A DNA stretch of 43,598 nucleotides. Origin: Candidatus Krumholzibacteriia bacterium. GTDB taxonomy: Bacteria; Krumholzibacteriota; Krumholzibacteriia; LZORAL124-64-63. Shown one piece after another: positions 38,442-43,598 of this stretch (position 1 is its first letter; the number at the start of each line of letters is the position of its first letter). The notes below the pieces were generated by a model, which searched no databases, had not been told where the DNA came from, and saw nothing but the letters and a program-made list of their open reading frames with translations. A program made the position numbers and the translations under genes. The stretch covers positions 1 through 43,598 of the forward strand of contig JAZBOO010000110.1 in NCBI GenBank assembly GCA_036351155.1, read 5' to 3'.

Positions 38442-38666
38442 ATGCCACTTTATGAGTTCACCTGCAAGAAATGCGGACACAATTTCGAAGAGTTGATGAC
38501 CCTCAGCGAAGTCGAGTCCGGCAAGACCAAGTGCCCGGCCTGCAGCTCGAAACGCCTCGAGCGCGGTTTTTCCAGCTTTGCCACCGGCGGTGGGGACAGC
38601 CTGGGCTCAGGTGGGTTCTCGGGCGGCGGCTGTGGCAGTGGCGGCGGCGGCTTCACCTGAGGCTAG
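38442..38666 (+). CDS. FmdB-family zinc-ribbon protein, probably a selenoprotein ending in -FT-U-G (ends at 38660 if UGA is a stop)
   Basis: MPLYEFTCKKCG..FEEL...CPACSS..LER.FS.F, then Gly-rich tail CGSGGGGFT-TGA-GGC-TAG; GGAGG RBS. Confidence 0.85.
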
Positions 38667-39761
38667 CCAGCCAGGGCGACCGTGTGTCGTCAACAAGATC
38701 ATGCGCGCCGGAAGCCTCGGGTTTCCGGCGTTTTTTCTGAGAGTGGGCCGATAGGACGGCGAACATTCCCGGACCTGGGATGACCGCTGATGCACCAGGG
38801 CATGACACGCACTGCACAGCGTGGTCAGGTTCTCGGGATCGTGGGTCCCGCCCCGGGCGCGGGGGATGATGTGGTGGATCTCCAGGAAGTGGGTGTGGGG
38901 GCAGCCGGGAGTCTGGCACCGGTGGCGGTCGCGGGCGAGGACCAGGCGCCGCGTTCTGGGCGGAATGGTGGTGGTGTTGCGGTGGTCTGGCTCGCTGATC
39001 TGGGCGTCGCACTGGAGGCGCGCGGTTTCCTCGGGCGAAAGCGTGAGCTCCCCGCGCGCCGTCTGGACCGTGGTCTTTTCACAATCCGGGCACTGGTGCA
39101 CGTGGATCTGGACCGGGGGCGCCGTGGTGGGTTTTTCCAACGGGTTGGAATTTCCATCAACGAAATTCTGCATCACTTCCAGCAGCGCCTCGACCTTGTC
39201 TGCCGGCAAGCCGCCCTGCTTGCGCAGCTTCTCCCACAGGGCTTCGTAGCGGGCCAGCTGGGTGGGTGTCATTTCCAGGATCACGCGCTGGGGGATGGGG
39301 GCGGCCGGCACGGGCTCCTCGGGAAAAATCGCCACCTGTCCTTTCGCCACCTCGGCAGCCCGGGCCTTGGCTTTTTTCACCGTGCTTTTCAACCGGGCGT
39401 GCGACTGGGTCAGCGCCAGATCCACCCACTCCTTCTCGGTTTCCGGACTGGCCACCGCCACAATGGTGCGGGTGCGGCCATACCCCAGCTTCCCCTCTTC
39501 GACCTTCTTTTTCACAGCGGGCAGCTCATCCAGCTTCTCGCAGATCTTCATGAAGTCGTAGGCCTTGGACTGACTCCAGCCCAGCTCCTGCTGGGCATAC
39601 AGGGGCATGGAGGAGTACCCCAGCTCACGGTACAGCTTCCGCTGGCGAATCTCGCCAAACCAGAGAATGGCGTTCTGGCGGGCCATTTCCATGGCGTGGT
39701 TTGCTTTTTTGAGGTGCTGGTCGGCCGATTTGGCGGGTAATCCCTTAATAAACGTGAGCAT
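38607..39761 (-). CDS. HNH endonuclease with N-terminal HTH-like region (DUF222-like architecture)
   Basis: C-terminal IPPRTRR.VLARD..RC..PGC.....LEIHHI.P...GG......NL.TLC..CH...H; N-terminal YRELGYSS...YA..ELGWS.SKAY; GAGGA RBS before ATG 39761. Confidence 0.88.
   Translation of the reverse strand: MLTFIKGLPAKSADQHLKKANHAMEMARQNAILWFGEIRQRKLYRELGYSSMPLYAQQELGWSQSKAYDFMKICEKLDELPAVKKKVEEGKLGYGRTRTIVAVASPETEKEWVDLALTQSHARLKSTVKKAKARAAEVAKGQVAIFPEEPVPAAPIPQRVILEMTPTQLARYEALWEKLRKQGGLPADKVEALLEVMQNFVDGNSNPLEKPTTAPPVQIHVHQCPDCEKTTVQTARGELTLSPEETARLQCDAQISEPDHRNTTTIPPRTRRLVLARDRHRCQTPGCPHTHFLEIHHIIPRARGGTHDPENLTTLCSACHALVHQRSSQVRECSPSYRPTLRKNAGNPRLPARMILLTTHGRPGWLASGEAAAATATAAAREPT
38675..38691 (+). 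promoter_or_regulatory. Candidate bacterial SECIS element 2
   Basis: GGCGAC-CGTGT-GTCGTC stem-loop; loop 20 nt after the UGA, with G at loop position 2. Confidence 0.5.
38706..38736 (+). terminator. Intrinsic terminator after the fmdB-like gene
   Basis: CGCCGGAAGCC-TCG-GGTTTCCGGCG followed by TTTTTT. Confidence 0.85.
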
Positions 39762-39884
39762 AGCGCTATCCTCGATCTTGAAGCCTTTGGGAGGCTTTAT
39801 CAAGATAGCGAACACAACACGAATCCGCCAGGAGAAAAGCGTAAAAAACACAAAATTCTAGAAAAACACCAGAGGGCCCCGACC

Positions 39885-39904
39885 TTTTCCAACCAGTTGG
39901 AAAA
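39885..39904. promoter_or_regulatory. Palindrome TTTTCCAAC-CA-GTTGGAAAA (candidate operator upstream of the HNH gene)
   Basis: Perfect 9-bp inverted arms; the core recurs at 39135-39150. Confidence 0.55.
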
Positions 39905-39924
39905 CCCAAACCCAACGGGCACCA

Positions 39925-40866
39925 TCACTTGAAAACGCCCCTGACCCCTCGCCGCCGCCGCAGGGCATCTCGCGCTCGATCGCCCAGGAAGTGGCCCCAG
40001 AGCAAAACGGCCCCACCCAGGATCCATCCTGCGAAGACATCGACCACGTAGTGGTAGCGGTTGTAGACCGTGGACATGCACAGGAGCACGAAAATCACGG
40101 TCATGGGCCAGCGCCAGCGAGGGAATCGCGTCCACACATACCACCAGGGCACCATGGAGCCCGCGACGTGGCTGCTGGGAAAGGCGGCCCCCAGCAGGGC
40201 GCCGTTGTTGTGGATGTAGCGCATGATGTCGGTGAACACCCAGCCGCCCACATCCACGTATCCCGCCCGGAAGTACTTGGGTCCCCAGGCAGGCCACAGG
40301 GTGTACAGGGTGTAGCAAATCAGCATGACCACGCTGAGGTCACGCACGAAGTCGCGCAGGATGTCCCAGCGTTTCTTCTCGCTCAGGCCGGGTGTGGTGA
40401 ACACCAGCAGGACCACCGAGGCCGACAGGAAGTAGTAGGAGAAGTAGGCGAATTCCATGAGTTCGTGGAACCAGGGCCAGGGCCAGGCGCGCGACCACTC
40501 CAGGCTGGGCTGGAAACCGAAAATCCGTTCCTCGAGGGCAATCAGGGCCGGGTCCAGGCTGTTTTCGAATTCGAAGAAGATCAGCCCCAGATATTCCATC
40601 TCGGCGTAGAACATGCCGAAGATCAACGGCAGATAGATTTCGCCGGCCAGGCGGGGCACGAAGTGCTGCCGGCTCCGCAGAAAAGGGGCGACGAACCAGA
40701 TGGCCAGGGCCATCACGCCGTGGATGACCGCATTGCGCCAGGGTTCCGGAAAAACCCCGGGATTCAACAGGGGGTAGAAGGCGCTGACCAGCAGGTAGAC
40801 CACCGCCAGCCGGTCGATATTCATGCGGCGCAGGGCCAGCTGGGTGAACAGATGGGTCAGGTTCAT
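39925..40866 (-). CDS. PAP2 / Aur1-Ipt1-like integral membrane phosphotransferase
   Basis: Multi-TM; P...P..F loop, AAFPSSHVA and RYHYVVDVFAG (H...H-D triad). Confidence 0.82.
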   Translation of the reverse strand: MNLTHLFTQLALRRMNIDRLAVVYLLVSAFYPLLNPGVFPEPWRNAVIHGVMALAIWFVAPFLRSRQHFVPRLAGEIYLPLIFGMFYAEMEYLGLIFFEFENSLDPALIALEERIFGFQPSLEWSRAWPWPWFHELMEFAYFSYYFLSASVVLLVFTTPGLSEKKRWDILRDFVRDLSVVMLICYTLYTLWPAWGPKYFRAGYVDVGGWVFTDIMRYIHNNGALLGAAFPSSHVAGSMVPWWYVWTRFPRWRWPMTVIFVLLCMSTVYNRYHYVVDVFAGWILGGAVLLWGHFLGDRARDALRRRRGVRGVFK

Positions 40867-41876
40867 GGCGCTCCCTGTTCCCGCAGGAAATCCATGGTGG
40901 TCCGGAAACCCCGCTCCAGATCGAATTGCGCCCGAAATCCCGTGTCGCGGTTCAGGCGGGAGCCATCGCAGGCCCAGCCTTCAGCGTCCAGGTCGGCCAG
41001 GCGGTCGGCATTCAGCACGGGGGACCTGGCCGCCCGACCCCGACCCACGACGGCCGCAGCCAGCTTCAACAACCCCAGGGGCAGGGGAAGTACCCGGACC
41101 TTGCGCCCGGCGGCCTGGCCCAGAGCGGCGGCCAGCTGGGGCCAGGAATAGCCGGCCTGGCCATCGTCCACGAAGTAAGGGCCCACCGCTTGCTCCGACG
41201 CCAGCAGAGCCAGCGCCGCCGCCGCCGCATCCCGGCCGTCCACCAGGGACAGACCTGTGATCGATTGGCCAATGCGGGCGGTCAACCCCCAGCGCGCGGC
41301 CTTGAACAGGGGCACAAACTCGGTGTCGCGGGGCCCGTACAATCCCGGGGGCCGCAGGCTGACACACCGGAAATCCCAGTCACCCTCCAGGGCCAGCTGC
41401 TCGGCGGCCCGCTTGCTGCGCCCATAGGCGGTGATGGGGTGACACTCCGCAGTTTCCACGGCTGGCCGGGAAAGCGGCGCCGGTCCATGGGCGGCCAGAC
41501 TGGACACCAGCAAGAAAACGTGATCCGCCACGCCGGCCCATTCCTGCTGGGCCGCCTCGAGAAGCACGCGCGTCGTGTCCACGTTGGCCTTCCGGTAGTC
41601 CTCTTCCCGGGTGGCCGACACCACGCCCGCGCAGTGCACCACGGCCTCGCTGCCGGCGACGAAAGCGCGACAATCCGCGGCCGACCCCAGGTCTATTTCC
41701 ACGATCTCGACCGGCTTGCCCTCCAGCCAGCGCAGATTGCTGGTGGCCCGCACCGAAACACGCACCCGGCATCCGGCGGCCAGCAGCTGGTCGGCAATAT
41801 GGCTGCCCAGAAATCCGGTGGCTCCGGTCAGGGCCACCCTCCGGCCTCTCAGAGGAGTCAGGTCAGGTCCACTCAT
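40863..41876 (-). CDS. NAD-dependent epimerase/reductase (CerR-like candidate)
   Basis: TGATGFLG, VVHCAG, VSSLAA, YGRSK (YxxxK) and LRPPGLYGPRD motifs; ATGA overlaps on both sides. Confidence 0.85.
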   Translation of the reverse strand: MSGPDLTPLRGRRVALTGATGFLGSHIADQLLAAGCRVRVSVRATSNLRWLEGKPVEIVEIDLGSAADCRAFVAGSEAVVHCAGVVSATREEDYRKANVDTTRVLLEAAQQEWAGVADHVFLLVSSLAAHGPAPLSRPAVETAECHPITAYGRSKRAAEQLALEGDWDFRCVSLRPPGLYGPRDTEFVPLFKAARWGLTARIGQSITGLSLVDGRDAAAAALALLASEQAVGPYFVDDGQAGYSWPQLAAALGQAAGRKVRVLPLPLGLLKLAAAVVGRGRAARSPVLNADRLADLDAEGWACDGSRLNRDTGFRAQFDLERGFRTTMDFLREQGAP

Positions 41877-42994
41877 CGCACCGAGCGCTCGTAAACGCGG
41901 TAGGTCTTGTAGCAGTCGGCACCGTAGCCGTGCATGATCTTGTTCATGGGCTCGTTGTCCGCCAGCACCCAGGAGCACTCACCCTTGGCAATGCCGTCCT
42001 TGAACGAGGCGGTCATGGTCTTGTAGACCAGGGCCAGATCCACGCCCAGGGTGCGGTACTCGGGCAACACACCCATCAACAGGGTGCGGGCCTGGTCGAT
42101 CTTCCGCTTGCCCAGCAGGAACTTCAACCATCCGAAGGGAAAAAGCTTCCCCTTCAGAGGCTGCAAGGCCATGTTGAAGTCCGGCACCGTCAGGGCAAAA
42201 CCGATGGGCTTTCCTTCCATCTCGGCGATCAGCAGGTAGTCGGGATTGACCATGGATTTCATGTCCTTGGCCATGTAGTTGAAGTCATCGTCATCCAGGG
42301 GGATGAAACCCCAGTTCTGACTCCAGCAGTCGTTGTAGAGCTGACGGATGATGGCCGCATCCTCGAAGAAATTCTTCTTGTCCATGGAGCGGATCACCAG
42401 GCCGGGCCGGGACATGATCCGCTCCAGGAACCGCACCATCTTCTCGGGGAACTCACCGCCGGTGTCCAGCCACCAGGCCACGAGGTCCTTGGCTCCGGTC
42501 AACCCGAAGTCGACCAGCTGCTGTTCGTAGTAACGCGGGTTGTAGGGCATGCCCAGCACCGGGCGGGTGAACTGGCCGTCGACCTGCAGGCCGTACCAGT
42601 CGTGGTTGCTGGTGAAGCACCCGGGTCCGCGCATGGTATCCATACCCTGGTCGGCGATCCACTGGCGCGCCGTGTCCAGCAGCAGCTGGGCGGCCTCGGC
42701 GTGGTCATCCACCTCGTAGAAGCCGAAGAAACCCACCTTCTCGTCATGATGTGTGTTGTTGTACTGGTCCACGCAAGCGCCGATGCGCCCGATGACCTGC
42801 CCCTCCTCCTCGGCCAGCCAGAGCTGGCTGACAGCATGGTTGTAAAAGGGATTCTTTTTCTTGTCGAAGAAATGTTTCAGCTCGGTCAGCAGGGGAAACA
42901 CATGGTGGGGATCGTCACGATAGATGCGATAGGGCACCTGCAGGAACTGGTCGAGCTGCTTGCCGTCCGTGACCGGGACGATATTCACCGACAT
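41873..42994 (-). CDS. YghO-like GNAT acyltransferase (bacterial ceramide synthase bCerS-like)
   Basis: F...PY.IY.DDP, KNPF, GRI, GFFGFYE, MRGP, MPYNP.YY, W..NWGFIP, MGVLPEYR, SWVL.DN..M and YKTYRVYE motifs. Confidence 0.8.
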   Translation of the reverse strand: MSVNIVPVTDGKQLDQFLQVPYRIYRDDPHHVFPLLTELKHFFDKKKNPFYNHAVSQLWLAEEEGQVIGRIGACVDQYNNTHHDEKVGFFGFYEVDDHAEAAQLLLDTARQWIADQGMDTMRGPGCFTSNHDWYGLQVDGQFTRPVLGMPYNPRYYEQQLVDFGLTGAKDLVAWWLDTGGEFPEKMVRFLERIMSRPGLVIRSMDKKNFFEDAAIIRQLYNDCWSQNWGFIPLDDDDFNYMAKDMKSMVNPDYLLIAEMEGKPIGFALTVPDFNMALQPLKGKLFPFGWLKFLLGKRKIDQARTLLMGVLPEYRTLGVDLALVYKTMTASFKDGIAKGECSWVLADNEPMNKIMHGYGADCYKTYRVYERSVR

Positions 42995-43007
42995 GTTTCA
43001 CTCCCTT

Positions 43008-43042
43008 GAAAGAAGGGCCCGGGAAGATGCCTGCCCGGGCCC
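43008..43042 (-). terminator. Hairpin with T-rich tail between spt-like and cerS-like genes
   Basis: GGGCCCGGG-10nt-CCCGGGCCC followed by TTCTTTC on the minus strand. Confidence 0.45.
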
Positions 43043-43069
43043 GCACAACCACTGGCTTGTCCGGTCCGG

Positions 43070-43598
43070 TCAAGCGGGGATGATGTTCAGTTCCTTGCCC
43101 ACCTTCACCATGATGTCCATGGCCTGGTGGATCTCGTCCTCGGTGTGGGTGGCCATCAGGCTGAGCCGGATCAGAGCGTTGCCCTGGTCCACGGCGGGGC
43201 TGACCACCGGGTTGACGAAAACGCCTTCCTCGGCCAGCCGTGTGCACATGACAAAGGCGGTCATGTCCTCGCCCACCACCGCGGGAATGATGGGGGTCTC
43301 GCTGGGGCCGGTGTTGAACCCGGCGTCCTTCAGGCGGGCGCGCATGATGTCGTTGTTGCGCCACAGGGCCTCGTGCCGCCAGCTCTCCTCGAGCATGACG
43401 TCCACCGCAGCCGAAACCGAGGCCACCGAGCCGGGAGGCATGCTGGCCGAGAACATCAAGGCTCGGGCCGTGTGCTGGATGTAGTGCATGACGTCGGCGT
43501 CGCCGGCCACGAAGCCGCCCACCGAGGCCGGGGGCATGCTGGCCGAGAACATCAGGGCGCGCGCGGTGTGCTGGATGTAGTGCATGACATCGGTGTCG
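43070..43598 (-). CDS. spt: Alpha-oxoamine synthase family, serine palmitoyltransferase-like (5' truncated)
   Basis: SVGGFVAG, AR.LMFSASMPP, SETPIIP and GVFVNPVVSPAV....LIRLSLMATHT motifs, resembling Bacteroidota-type SPT C-termini; gene context supports the call. Confidence 0.72.
   Translation of the reverse strand, partial: DTDVMHYIQHTARALMFSASMPPASVGGFVAGDADVMHYIQHTARALMFSASMPPGSVASVSAAVDVMLEESWRHEALWRNNDIMRARLKDAGFNTGPSETPIIPAVVGEDMTAFVMCTRLAEEGVFVNPVVSPAVDQGNALIRLSLMATHTEDEIHQAMDIMVKVGKELNIIPA
43425..43598. repeat. Diverged in-frame tandem duplication (96-bp period) inside spt
   Basis: 43425-43502 vs 43521-43598: 9 mismatches in 78 nt; DVMHYIQHTARALMFSASMPP is encoded twice. Confidence 0.9.

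Noticed and set aside
38241..38480. 79-aa minus-strand ORF in the track
   Set aside because: Antisense to the promoter-terminator unit and overlaps fmdB; the plus-strand TM/UGA ORF explains the region better
38607..39761. HNH gene as Cas9, IscB or an IS transposase
   Set aside because: No RuvC or DDE motifs, no repeat-spacer array, and no terminal inverted repeats or target duplication recognised

Overview
GC-rich bacterial chromosome window. A FlgD-Ig/'PNPFNP' C-terminal sorting domain and Gld-like ABC genes suggest an FCB-associated candidate lineage such as Krumholzibacteriota or Latescibacterota, but this is inference only. Bases 1-16.3 kb hold the 3' end of tuf and a complete, contiguous S10-spc-alpha ribosomal protein superoperon (rpsJ to rplQ, with secY, adk, map, infA and rpoA). 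After it come fabH, a GldA / GldF-GldG fusion / DUF4340 ABC module, an M23 peptidase, an FG-GAP secreted protein, an adenosine deaminase, a small DMT protein, metG, a gluzincin peptidase and an SDR. Four loci stand out. (1) A four-gene operon: fold-type-II PLP enzyme, DUF1611/DgcN-like protein, a MurL-like PP-loop::creatininase fusion, and a dipeptide epimerase/DgcA-like enzyme; this may be an undescribed D-amino-acid or peptide epimerisation pathway. (2) A small unit bounded by a promoter and terminator that appears to encode two tiny selenoproteins: an unannotated 54-aa membrane peptide with UxxxxC and an FmdB protein ending in -U-G, each with a SECIS-like hairpin. (3) An HTH-HNH gene with the same 16-bp palindrome in its upstream region and in its own coding sequence. 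(4) A spt / cerS-like / cerR-like / Aur1-PAP2-like cluster, probably a ceramide and phosphosphingolipid operon; spt is cut by the window end and contains a diverged 96-bp duplication. No rRNA, tRNA or CRISPR array was seen. All family calls come from motif recognition; no database search was run.
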